Source: a virus | DNA length: 64,000 nucleotides | Reading direction: 5' to 3' (one strand) | Virus record (IMG/VR): IMGVR_UViG_3300012189_000001 | Coordinates: 5,110-69,109 of that record | Shown: piece after piece, positions 8,920 to 17,462 of the stretch | Layout of the letters: every line of letters starts with the position of its first letter | How positions within the stretch are numbered: the stretch's first letter is position 1 | Made by a program: the position numbers and the translations under genes | Notes under the pieces: generated by a model | What the model was told of the DNA's origin: nothing | The model's input: the letters and a program-made list of their open reading frames with translations, nothing else | Databases searched by the model: none

Positions 8920-9093
8920 ATTCCTGCAAAATCGAAGGCTCAGGCGCGGTTCATGTTCGCGGAGATGGGGCGTAAGAAGAAGGGCAAGAAGACAGAAACT
9001 GGTATGAGTGAAGATCAGTTGAAGGATTTCACGAAAACGAAACAAAAAGGTCTTCCCGAAAAAATAAAGAAAACTAAGAAGGGAAAGAAGTGA
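8920..9093 (+). CDS. Small basic DUF3008-like protein with a probable ATT start codon
   Basis: (I/M)PAKSKAQARF...MSEDQLKDFTKTKQKGLPEK resembles the DUF3008 pattern. GGAGG lies 8 nt before the ATT. Confidence 0.7.
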   Translation: MPAKSKAQARFMFAEMGRKKKGKKTETGMSEDQLKDFTKTKQKGLPEKIKKTKKGKK

Positions 9094-9251
9094 TGGCGAA
9101 GGCAATGAAGAAAGAAAAGCACGGCAAGATGTCGGGGCGTACTCCTCACGAAGAGCCACATGAGAAGACGGGTGGCAAGGGCATGATGGAGCAGAAGTCT
9201 CGCGGCAAAAAGGGTGGCAAGTCCAAGAAAATGAGTGGGAAATCCTACTAG
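9093..9251 (+). CDS. 52-aa Lys/Gly/Met-rich basic microprotein (not in ORF track)
   Basis: MAKAMKKEKHGKMSGRTPHEEPHEKTGGKGMMEQKSRGKKGGKSKKMSGKSY, coupled by TGATG. Confidence 0.7.
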   Translation: MAKAMKKEKHGKMSGRTPHEEPHEKTGGKGMMEQKSRGKKGGKSKKMSGKSY

Positions 9252-9265
9252 GGAGATGAGAGATC

Positions 9266-9436
9266 GTGGGGAAGACCTATAAGAACAAGTCATCTTCAAA
9301 GATGTCTGGACGTAGCAGTGAGAAGAGTGGTCGTACTGATGACCCCGATCTCGCTCTTGATATGTTGATGCAGAAGAAACAGAAGTCTACGAGTCGTAAG
9401 GGTATGAAACACAATCAATCGGGACGATCAGAATAA
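9266..9436 (+). CDS. 56-aa Lys/Ser-rich basic microprotein (not in ORF track)
   Basis: GGAG RBS, GTG start. MGKTYKNKSSSKMSGRSSEKSGRTDDPDLALDMLMQKKQKSTSRKGMKHNQSGRSE. Confidence 0.65.
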   Translation: MGKTYKNKSSSKMSGRSSEKSGRTDDPDLALDMLMQKKQKSTSRKGMKHNQSGRSE

Positions 9437-9437
9437 T

Positions 9438-9740
9438 ATGATTGATGAAAGACGTTACACGGTAGAAGACTGTACGGAAGAAGACACGATTTATCTTAAC
9501 GTCCACATATCTCAACAATATGTAGATGGGTATTGTCGTGTCGGCAACCGCATGCTTCAGGGACGATTGGAAGTGAATCCGGCGTGGTTTTCTTCGACAA
9601 ATCTTGAAAAGGCTATTGATACGCAAACGCGTTCGGGTCAGTTGAGCTTGAATGACATGCACGGTTTTGATTGGGAAGCCGATTACAATCTTGAAGATTT
9701 AAAATTGGATTATCCAGTCATTATAACTGAGATGGAATAG
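9438..9740 (+). CDS. Hypothetical acidic protein
   Basis: 100 aa; abuts the ATP-grasp gene. Confidence 0.6.
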   Translation: MIDERRYTVEDCTEEDTIYLNVHISQQYVDGYCRVGNRMLQGRLEVNPAWFSSTNLEKAIDTQTRSGQLSLNDMHGFDWEADYNLEDLKLDYPVIITEME

Positions 9741-11072
9741 ATGCCAAGATTTTTCCTGTGGAGCCCAAACGGTGATGGTGACTGTGTAAGTTACAGGCTT
9801 CATCTTGAGGGCGAAGATGTGGTATTGCGCATCGACGAGGCGTGGTCTCGGCCAAATCTTGAAGGAATTGTCGAGCACACAACGGCGTATCCACGAAAAG
9901 GCGATATCGTCATTTTTGGGTCGAGCAAACTCGGACAGGAAGCGGCGAAACTCCAAAAGGCAGGTTTTGGTGTTATTGGAAGTTGCCCGTATGCGGACGA
10001 TCTTGAAATGGACCGCTGGTTTTTTATTCAAGAATGTAAACGTCTCGGCATTAAAACCCCAGAAACACACCGATTTAACAGTTACGATAAAGCCCGTGCT
10101 TTTGTGCAACAACGGGGTGAGCGGTGGGTGTTTAAACCGTCTGGTGATCAGGAATCTGCCTGTACTTTTGTGGCAAAAGACGATGAAGAACTGCTTTTTG
10201 CGTTTGACCATCTTGAAAAGCAAATTCCAAAGGCTGATTTCCTCCTTCAGCATTTTGAAGAAGGTATTGAAATCTCTCTTGAAGGATGGTTCAACGGGCA
10301 CGATTGGATCAAAAACTCCTGGAATGCCACCAAAGAAACCAAGAAACTCATGGCCGGTGATATCGGACCCGCAACCGGATGTTCGTCAAATGCGGTATAC
10401 TTATTTGAAGGTACCCCGAGTTGGGTTCGCAAACTCCATGATAAATTCACTCCCATGCTTCGACGGGATAAGTACAAAGGCCCTTTTGATCTCAATATGA
10501 TCGTGACGAAGGATGCAATGTATGCATTGGAAGCAACGCCTCGTTTTGGCCTTGAAGGCATTCAAAACTTTATCGAACTCTGGCATACCTCAGCGGGCGA
10601 AACATTTGAAGAGTTGGCCGCTGGTACATTGGGGTCCTTTGACGTTGATACCGCTTCCCTCGCTGCCGCCGTTCGCTTGGCTGTAGGACCCTACCCATTT
10701 GGGAGTAAAGAACACAGGACATCCGGCGATATCCCCGTCCTCATTGATGAAGCTGATACATGGACATTATGGATGTCAGGTGTTTGGAAAGAAGATGATA
10801 TGTATTGTGTCGCTCCTACCGATGGTTGCATTGGTGCGCTCGTAGTGAAAGATACAACGATTGACAGAGCGGCAAAAACGTTGATGGAGACGGCAAAACG
10901 TATTCACATCCCTGATCTTATGTATCGCAATGATGTCGGCGCAGGGCATCTGAAGATGTGGCAAGAGTTAGATGGGTATGGTTTTGACATTCCCCCAGCA
11001 GTCGAGGCTATGCTCAAACGTAAGCCTGTGCTTGATCAGGGATCACCTTTTAAGAAAATGGTATGGGTGTAA
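9741..11072 (+). CDS. PurD (GAR synthetase)-like ATP-grasp ligase, divergent
   Basis: ADDLEMDR..CKRLGIKTP, WVFKPSG, KKLMAGDIGPATG (PurD KR..DGD.GPNTGG) and LEATPRFG (PurD EFN.RFG). Lacks the PurD GSGGREHA and GLAAGKGV motifs. Confidence 0.8.
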   Translation: MPRFFLWSPNGDGDCVSYRLHLEGEDVVLRIDEAWSRPNLEGIVEHTTAYPRKGDIVIFGSSKLGQEAAKLQKAGFGVIGSCPYADDLEMDRWFFIQECKRLGIKTPETHRFNSYDKARAFVQQRGERWVFKPSGDQESACTFVAKDDEELLFAFDHLEKQIPKADFLLQHFEEGIEISLEGWFNGHDWIKNSWNATKETKKLMAGDIGPATGCSSNAVYLFEGTPSWVRKLHDKFTPMLRRDKYKGPFDLNMIVTKDAMYALEATPRFGLEGIQNFIELWHTSAGETFEELAAGTLGSFDVDTASLAAAVRLAVGPYPFGSKEHRTSGDIPVLIDEADTWTLWMSGVWKEDDMYCVAPTDGCIGALVVKDTTIDRAAKTLMETAKRIHIPDLMYRNDVGAGHLKMWQELDGYGFDIPPAVEAMLKRKPVLDQGSPFKKMVWV

Positions 11073-11084
11073 GGAGAATAAGCA

Positions 11085-12122
11085 GTGGCATCCAGTGATT
11101 TTTACCCGTTCGAATCCACTTTTGAAGTGTCAGACTTCACAGAATGGACGAGTACTGTTGATACGCAAAGCAAGATGGAAGTTATCCATCTTCTTGACAT
11201 CGTCAAAAAGTGGGGAAATGGCTTTCCCGGCGTTGCGCCATATCGTGGGAACTATGTCGATCACATCAATATCGCTTTGGGTACGGCTGACGCCTATGCG
11301 CAGACGACAGTGGTAACAGCCGCGCTCGGTACGACGATATGGGTACGATTTTTCTTGCAGGTTACAAATAACCTGGTTATGGCTACAAGTGACCGTTTCA
11401 CCATACTTTCAGTGCAATCTGCTGGTGCAGTTGAGCAAGGCACTATCAGCATTCTCAACAATGTTGGTATTATACAACTTGTCGCAGCACAGACGGGATC
11501 GACTGCCATTGGCGCACTTACGGTACAAGCTGAATTTGAGCGCGATATTTATCACCTTGTTGAACTCGGCATGACCATTGATTCTGGCGCGGCAGACGGC
11601 ACATTACAGTTTTGGTTGGACGGCAATCAGGTGGGTTCGACGATTACTGGATTAACGCAGGCAGCGATTACTCAGATGCGCCTCGGAGCTATAGGCATTG
11701 ATGCAGGCACCACTGCTGGGCATCTCCTATTCGATCAGGTTGTTCAAGCACTTACACACGTTGACGGTTTTTATCGGCGCTACCCCCAAGTTGTAGTGCT
11801 TACAAAGAGCGGATTTATAGCTCTTGGCCCAGGTAAAATCGAAGAATACACGCTTGTGGCCGGTGGGGCTGTCGATAATCATATGAGTGTCTATGATCTC
11901 GACAGACAACCTCTTCTAGGTCTTAGCGATTTTCTCGGCCCAGAGTTGACAAATTCCCATGCGTTTGAAGCAAAGGTATTTGCCTACTCGAAAAAGGATG
12001 GCTATTTCAACAGAGGCTTGTACGTGAGACTGATAGGCACAGCCCCTAGAGCCACAGTGACACTAGGAGCTGGGCAGACGACTTTGGGTACCCTCAGACA
12101 GTACGCCATACGGAAATATTAG
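11085..12122 (+). CDS. Structural protein with a ConA/LamG-like beta-sandwich
   Basis: YHLVEL..IDSGAADGTLQFWLDG motif. AGGAG RBS with GTG start. Confidence 0.6.
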   Translation: MASSDFYPFESTFEVSDFTEWTSTVDTQSKMEVIHLLDIVKKWGNGFPGVAPYRGNYVDHINIALGTADAYAQTTVVTAALGTTIWVRFFLQVTNNLVMATSDRFTILSVQSAGAVEQGTISILNNVGIIQLVAAQTGSTAIGALTVQAEFERDIYHLVELGMTIDSGAADGTLQFWLDGNQVGSTITGLTQAAITQMRLGAIGIDAGTTAGHLLFDQVVQALTHVDGFYRRYPQVVVLTKSGFIALGPGKIEEYTLVAGGAVDNHMSVYDLDRQPLLGLSDFLGPELTNSHAFEAKVFAYSKKDGYFNRGLYVRLIGTAPRATVTLGAGQTTLGTLRQYAIRKY

Positions 12123-12143
12123 AAAGAATAAGGAGACGACAAC

Positions 12144-12935
12144 GTGCGGCGATTACTTTATGCATTCATAACACTTGGTGCTCTACTCTGCGCATCTCAG
12201 GTGTTTGCCCAGCAATCAGTAGGCCCCATAACACTCCAATCGACAGGGGCTATTGGAAATGGTACTGCTCCTTCAACTGTGGGACTTACCCTCGCCACTG
12301 TGCAAGTTGTCGCGGCTGGAGGCTTTGATCGCACCTTGAATTTTGAAGTAACAGAAGATGCTACGAATTATCAAGCTGTATCTTGTTTAAATGTTTCAAC
12401 GAGTATGCAGTCAACGACAGCGACAGTAAGTGGTATTTATACGTGTTCTATTGGTGGGGCTCAGCTTTTTCGAGCGCGAACAAGTGATGGCGCTGCGAAT
12501 GGCACGTTGAAGGTAAGTGTTACATTCAATCAGGGTGTTATTTCTGCAGGCGTTGCATCAGCATCTTCGGGTACAGCTTCATCGACAACATCTGCGGTAT
12601 CGCCTGTTGAAGGGTCAACCCTCTTTAATACTTCTACCGTAAGTGCGGCAGCTACTGCTTTGACGACATCTATCGCGGGAGCTGCAACTACTCGCGTGCA
12701 CCTCTACAGTGCAAGTGCGTACTGCTCAGCAGGTTCAGCAACTTTGACAATCAAAGATGGAGTGGCAGGTACAACGATCTGGGTTTCGCCAGCCGGATTT
12801 GTCGGAACAGTGGTTACATCCCTTACGTGGACTGCCGGTTTGACAAGTACTACAGCGAATGGTATGGATATCGTGCTTGGCTCATGCGGTGGGGCGAATA
12901 CCGGAACATTACAAGTTGAAGCAGATAGATTCTAG
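12144..12935 (+). CDS. Signal-peptide-bearing structural-type protein
   Basis: MRRLLYAFITLGALLCASQVFA|QQ is a Sec/SPI-like leader; the mature part is Thr/Ser/Ala-rich and beta-type. Confidence 0.7.
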   Translation: MRRLLYAFITLGALLCASQVFAQQSVGPITLQSTGAIGNGTAPSTVGLTLATVQVVAAGGFDRTLNFEVTEDATNYQAVSCLNVSTSMQSTTATVSGIYTCSIGGAQLFRARTSDGAANGTLKVSVTFNQGVISAGVASASSGTASSTTSAVSPVEGSTLFNTSTVSAAATALTTSIAGAATTRVHLYSASAYCSAGSATLTIKDGVAGTTIWVSPAGFVGTVVTSLTWTAGLTSTTANGMDIVLGSCGGANTGTLQVEADRF

Positions 12936-12950
12936 CAACAAAGGTGGTCT

Positions 12951-13211
12951 ATGAATCGCGCAGTCGGATATTTCGTTGTGTGTGCGTTGTTCGCGGGAGT
13001 TACAACAGTATTTGCGGAAGATGCCAAACCTTCTAACTGTGCAGAAGACCTCGAAGTAATGAAGCTGGTGTACGCCACTTCTCGGGGCAATGCTGAATCG
13101 TATCTAGAGACCTTGGCACGTACTGATATCAAATTGAAGGCGATTCAAGCACAACTTGCGGAGGCCAACCAGAAAATAAAGGCGTTTGAAGAGACGAAAT
13201 CCAAGGAGTAA
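12951..13211 (+). CDS. Signal-peptide-bearing small coiled-coil protein
   Basis: MNRAVGYFVVCALFAGVTTVFA|ED leader with C-terminal heptads. Confidence 0.65.
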   Translation: MNRAVGYFVVCALFAGVTTVFAEDAKPSNCAEDLEVMKLVYATSRGNAESYLETLARTDIKLKAIQAQLAEANQKIKAFEETKSKE

Positions 13212-13216
13212 ACTCA

Positions 13217-14737
13217 ATGCGAAAATGGTTAGGCAGTCTTCTCATTATTGGGATGATGCTTGTTGCTCAGTCTGTGCAGGCGCAAATAGTGTCACAAATA
13301 CCGTGGACGGCTGGATACGGCGGTACGGGATTTTCGACGTATACGATTGGTGATATGCTGTATGCCGATACAGCAAGTACATTGGCTAAGTTAGTGAGTC
13401 CCGTGACAGGACAAGTTATCACATCTGGTGGAGCAGGAGTCGCACCCGCGTGGAGTGCTAGTCCAACACTTACAACAAGTTTGACAACACCGTTGTTTAT
13501 TGGTGGGACAGCAGTTGGCTCAACACTTACATTCAAGTCAACAAGTGCTGTTGGGACAACCGACGCTATTATTTTTCAAGTTGGAAATAACGGCGGAACT
13601 GAGTCAATGCGCATTATCGACAGCGGCAATGTAGGTATTGGGCAGACAGTGCCGACTGCTTTACTCGATATTAAGGGAACTGCTGCGGGCGCAGAAATGA
13701 TCATAGGTCCTTGGGCTGGAAGTACGGCCTACATGGCAGTTGGCCTCGCTAATTCTGTTGCAGCAACTACCTACAACTTTATAAGTAGTACAACTGACAC
13801 GAATTTGTATCTCAACAGACCAACGGGCAAGGATATTGCTTTTCGAGAGGCCAATCAGGGTAATATCAATGCAGTAATCTTTAGAGGTACGACCGGATTC
13901 GTCGAAATATCGGGGGACGCGGCAAAGACTGTTAGTATGGCCCGCAATCCGGTTGCAAATACCGCAGGAAATGCTCTCACTGTGCAGTCCGGTTCGGCTA
14001 CCTCTGCTGCGACCGATAAAAATGCAGGTACCCTTGTTTTGGCGTCAGGTCTTTCGACAGGTACAGGATCGGGAGGCATAAATCTACAAACATCCTCACA
14101 ACAAGCAACGACAAATACGACTGATAATGCAGTTGCTACACGGCTCGCACTTGACGGATACGGGCATATAACTCACACTCCTGCGGTAGGCACTGCCACT
14201 GTCGCGGCGAGTTTTACGCTCACAGGAGCGGCACACACCGCATTAACTGCGAGTACTGAGCGCTTCGATACCAACTTCAATAGTGCTCGTACTGTGCAAT
14301 GGGCAACAGGGGCATTGACAACTCAACGCTTTAACCTCTTCCAGGCTCCTACAGTCGGTTTTGTCGGCGGCAGTACAATAACGAATACGTGTACCCTCTG
14401 TGTAACTGGAGCTCCAGTATCGGGCACGAATGCAACACTTTCAAGTACGCATGGCTTGCTTATCCAGGCGGGAGCAGTGACAGCAGCAACAAATGCCTTT
14501 GGATTAACGGCAAATGCTCCTACAGGAGGTACCACCAATTACGCTGGGCAGTTTATTGGGGAAGTTCTTTTGGGTTCGACAGCTTTTGCAAGTCTCGGCA
14601 CGCCAGCAAATGGGGCAATAACGTTTTGCAATGATTGTGATGCCCCGACGCTTGTTGATAGTACTTGCACTAGTGCAGGGGCCAAAACAGGTAGTTTTGC
14701 GGTGCGCGCAAACGGAGCCTGGAAGTGCATTTCATAG
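13217..14737 (+). CDS. Signal-peptide-bearing tail-fibre-like protein
   Basis: MRKWLGSLLIIGMMLVAQSVQA|QI leader, GGTG..YTIGDMLYA and RIIDSGNVGIGQTVPTALLDIKG fibre motifs, Cys-rich tip. Confidence 0.75.
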   Translation: MRKWLGSLLIIGMMLVAQSVQAQIVSQIPWTAGYGGTGFSTYTIGDMLYADTASTLAKLVSPVTGQVITSGGAGVAPAWSASPTLTTSLTTPLFIGGTAVGSTLTFKSTSAVGTTDAIIFQVGNNGGTESMRIIDSGNVGIGQTVPTALLDIKGTAAGAEMIIGPWAGSTAYMAVGLANSVAATTYNFISSTTDTNLYLNRPTGKDIAFREANQGNINAVIFRGTTGFVEISGDAAKTVSMARNPVANTAGNALTVQSGSATSAATDKNAGTLVLASGLSTGTGSGGINLQTSSQQATTNTTDNAVATRLALDGYGHITHTPAVGTATVAASFTLTGAAHTALTASTERFDTNFNSARTVQWATGALTTQRFNLFQAPTVGFVGGSTITNTCTLCVTGAPVSGTNATLSSTHGLLIQAGAVTAATNAFGLTANAPTGGTTNYAGQFIGEVLLGSTAFASLGTPANGAITFCNDCDAPTLVDSTCTSAGAKTGSFAVRANGAWKCIS

Positions 14738-14756
14738 GAGGCAAAAACGCAAACAT

Positions 14757-15173
14757 ATGAAGTACTGGATTTTTGTTGTGTTATTTTTACTAGGCGCTAC
14801 GGTAAGTTATGCGCAATATAATGTCGCGCCGCCCACAAGTTGCCCAACTGGGCAATCAATCACATGGGATGGAGCCAATTGGTCCTGTGCTATACAAGTA
14901 CCAAGCGGTTCTATTTTCATGTTTCTCACTGGGTGCCCATCTGGGTTTTCAGAGGTGCAGCAGGCAGCAGGCTCGATGTTACTTTCAACAACTGCCGGGC
15001 AGCAAAATGCTGGGAGTTTTAGTTCTTTTGCTGTGATTACGCCTTCAACAACGAACATACTCAATTCCCAGTTAGGAGGTCGTCCTGTTTTGGGGTTTCC
15101 GCAGGCTGTTCCTGACGCGCTGAATGGGAAGTTTCCAACAACAATACGTGTTATTTTGTGTCAAAAAAACTAA
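14757..15173 (+). CDS. Signal-peptide-bearing protein with a tail-collar-like domain
   Basis: MKYWIFVVLFLLGATVSYA|QY leader; VPSGSIFMFLTGCPSGFSEV is collar-like. Confidence 0.65.
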   Translation: MKYWIFVVLFLLGATVSYAQYNVAPPTSCPTGQSITWDGANWSCAIQVPSGSIFMFLTGCPSGFSEVQQAAGSMLLSTTAGQQNAGSFSSFAVITPSTTNILNSQLGGRPVLGFPQAVPDALNGKFPTTIRVILCQKN

Positions 15174-15187
15174 CAAAGGAGTTTACG

Positions 15188-15652
15188 ATGAAACGTGGAT
15201 TACTGATGACTTTAGTCGGTGGGTTGTTTCTCATGTCCGCTCAGTTTGTGAATGCGCAGGGTATCCCTGGCACTCTGGTACAGCAGACGCCTACACGACT
15301 CGATTCTGCTACTCAGTCAGCGAGCAGCGCAACGTCGGCTGCTACCTTGACGCTGACCCCCAATGGCGGTGAATACGTGTATATTTATGCAGTTGACGTT
15401 GCTAATTGCGCCGGTGCGTCTAACGTGGTTGCCGCTGCACCAACGACGATCACTACGACGAATATTTCTGGATCTCTTAGTTTCACGTTGGGATCTGGCA
15501 CAACTGCGGGTCAATGTACGCAGTTTGAAGCAATAGCCTATCCTACGGGCTTGAAAAGTCAGACATCGGGTGTCGCAACGACGTTTATATTACCGACATT
15601 TGCAACAAATCAAACAGTGCGTTTGAATGTTATCTGGCGTTCTGCACCGTAA
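15188..15652 (+). CDS. Signal-peptide-bearing structural-type protein
   Basis: AAGGAG RBS, MKRGLLMTLVGGLFLMSAQFVNA|QG leader. Resembles the C-terminal domain of the 12144 ORF. Confidence 0.7.
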   Translation: MKRGLLMTLVGGLFLMSAQFVNAQGIPGTLVQQTPTRLDSATQSASSATSAATLTLTPNGGEYVYIYAVDVANCAGASNVVAAAPTTITTTNISGSLSFTLGSGTTAGQCTQFEAIAYPTGLKSQTSGVATTFILPTFATNQTVRLNVIWRSAP

Positions 15653-15661
15653 GGACGAGAC

Positions 15662-16333
15662 GTGACCACCCTTGCAGTTCTTGTCAACGAACTTCGACCA
15701 CGAGCACAGCGGCTGGGTCTCCAAGATCCAGTCACTGGGCTCGTCGATGATAGCGAATTATCAACATATCTCGTAGAATCAATGCGATATTTGGCGAATC
15801 GTTATCAGTTGCAGCATTTCATACGGATTAATCGCCAGCTCTTCATTACCCAAGCCAATGTTGAGCAATATGATATCCCAGATAACTACGGTTTCTGGTC
15901 ACCAGAAGAAACCTATCGCTCGGGCTTGTCTGTAACAAATACGGATGGTACGCAGACAACGAATTTGACGTATTACAATCCGGCAAAGTTCAACCTAGTA
16001 CGGAGTCCTGGGCTGACCAACAAGCCCTCATGGTTTACGGTAACGCAAGGATTGATATACTTTGCACCAATACCGGATGCCTCCTACATTATTGAGGCTA
16101 TTGAGCGACAGGTGCAGGACGGAACAGATATCCCCGTGCCTTATGCAGAGGCAATTAAGATTGAAGCCCTGCTGAAACTGGCATCTGACACCGGAAAAGT
16201 TACACCTTTGCTTGTCGATGAGCACACACAGATTCTGCGGACCCTTGTAAATGGGGAGTCTCGTTTTCGCCAGAGATTCTACACCTCACGCGAGCGTTTA
16301 GGGTTCAGTCGCTATAGGCGATATGGCCTGTAA
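15662..16333 (+). CDS. Head-tail adaptor/tail ring protein, paralogue 1
   Basis: YDIPDNYG...[25 protein letters not shown] adaptor motif. Confidence 0.7.
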   Translation: MTTLAVLVNELRPRAQRLGLQDPVTGLVDDSELSTYLVESMRYLANRYQLQHFIRINRQLFITQANVEQYDIPDNYGFWSPEETYRSGLSVTNTDGTQTTNLTYYNPAKFNLVRSPGLTNKPSWFTVTQGLIYFAPIPDASYIIEAIERQVQDGTDIPVPYAEAIKIEALLKLASDTGKVTPLLVDEHTQILRTLVNGESRFRQRFYTSRERLGFSRYRRYGL

Positions 16334-16828
16334 TTGTTTCTTTGTTCGTCTTGGTCGTCTGTTATTTGCTTGCTCTTTACGAGTTGCCCATCGACAGTTT
16401 TTTAGGCTGTAAGGACCGTTGTTATCTATACGTTCTAGAGTATGATAAGGAGACGGCCTTTCACCTACATCCGCACAAAAGGTTTTTAAGTTATGCCAGC
16501 GTTCGTCAACAAAAATACCCCTTCCTCCGTAGTCGGGGTAGGATTTATTTGTCGGTGTATAGCAGCGTTTCATAAGGTTGTACCAAGTTTTACAATTTGG
16601 AGTATAACATAGTCCATGTTTTGTCTGTCTTTGTATAACACCTTCTAATTTAAGACAGCCACAACTTTGAGAGCGGCCACATCTAAGTCGATGGCCATAA
16701 ACAGGTTTTTGTGTTCCACAGTCACACTGGCACATCCATATCGCATTGCCATTTTTTGTGCTACAATAGTGTAAAACTGTCCAACGCCCAAAACGGTGTC
16801 CATTAATATCTTTTGTGTGATTAGTCAT
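16298..16828 (-). CDS. Free-standing HNH homing endonuclease, antisense to the tail operon
   Basis: [60 protein letters not shown]. Confidence 0.9.
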   Translation of the reverse strand: MTNHTKDINGHRFGRWTVLHYCSTKNGNAIWMCQCDCGTQKPVYGHRLRCGRSQSCGCLKLEGVIQRQTKHGLCYTPNCKTWYNLMKRCYTPTNKSYPDYGGRGIFVDERWHNLKTFCADVGERPSPYHTLERIDNNGPYSLKNCRWATRKEQANNRRPRRTKKQLQAISPIATEP

Positions 16829-16835
16829 GTTGAAC

Positions 16836-16864
16836 AGTATACCAAGAACGGATAGGATTGTCAA
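16836..16864 (-). promoter_or_regulatory. Near-consensus sigma70 promoter predicting a leaderless HNH mRNA
   Basis: TTGACA-17-TATACT-7 nt-ATG; no SD. Confidence 0.75.
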
Positions 16865-17067
16865 TGGAACGATTTCCTACAGCACAGGATACTATTATCT
16901 TTGAGGTAGCACCCTCACTTGGTTGGTGTACAGTATGCGAGCATCAACGATACGAGTATATGAAGCATCCAGCATGGATGTCTTGTCATTGTGCTACACC
17001 AACGTATGAGCCGCCACCTGTTGTGGCTACACCGAATCCTATGGCGGATTTGGACTACTACTGCTAA
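16864..17067 (+). CDS. Small Cys-containing hypothetical protein
   Basis: AGGA RBS; CTVC and CHC motifs. Confidence 0.5.
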   Translation: MERFPTAQDTIIFEVAPSLGWCTVCEHQRYEYMKHPAWMSCHCATPTYEPPPVVATPNPMADLDYYC

Positions 17068-17459
17068 TGAAACGCATAGCTATTGAGTTCATAGAAAATA
17101 TTGATCAACGCTACGACACCTGTGGCGATTACTGGGAAGAACCTCAGGCTTTCGAAATGCGAATTACACAATATCGCAATGAGAAATATGCGCATCTTAT
17201 TCTCATTCATGAACTCGTTGAAATGCTTTTAGTGAAACAACGCAGTATTAAATTTTCGGTGATTGATGATTTCGATATCAATTATCTCGATGAGGGCGAG
17301 CCTGGAAACGACCTGAGTGCTCCCTACCATAAGGAGCACGTTTTTGCGACCGCAATTGAACGTCTCTGCGCCCAAGAAATGGGTGTGGATTGGGCAGAGT
17401 ACGAAAAGGTTGTTGACGAGGGAGAAAAGACTGCGATCTACACAGAGGATTATGAATAA
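17067..17459 (+). CDS. Zincin-like (HExxE) hypothetical protein
   Basis: LILIHELVE...APYHKEH. Confidence 0.55.
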   Translation: MKRIAIEFIENIDQRYDTCGDYWEEPQAFEMRITQYRNEKYAHLILIHELVEMLLVKQRSIKFSVIDDFDINYLDEGEPGNDLSAPYHKEHVFATAIERLCAQEMGVDWAEYEKVVDEGEKTAIYTEDYE

Positions 17460-17462
17460 CTC

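Noticed and set aside
9741-11072. Bona fide purD auxiliary metabolic gene
   Set aside because: PurD substrate-binding loops are absent, there are no other pur genes, and the context is structural; gene symbol withheld.
12951-13211. i-spanin (Rz) call
   Set aside because: The leader looks cleavable (VFA|E), there is no embedded or adjacent lipoprotein o-spanin, and no endolysin is nearby; not fully excluded.
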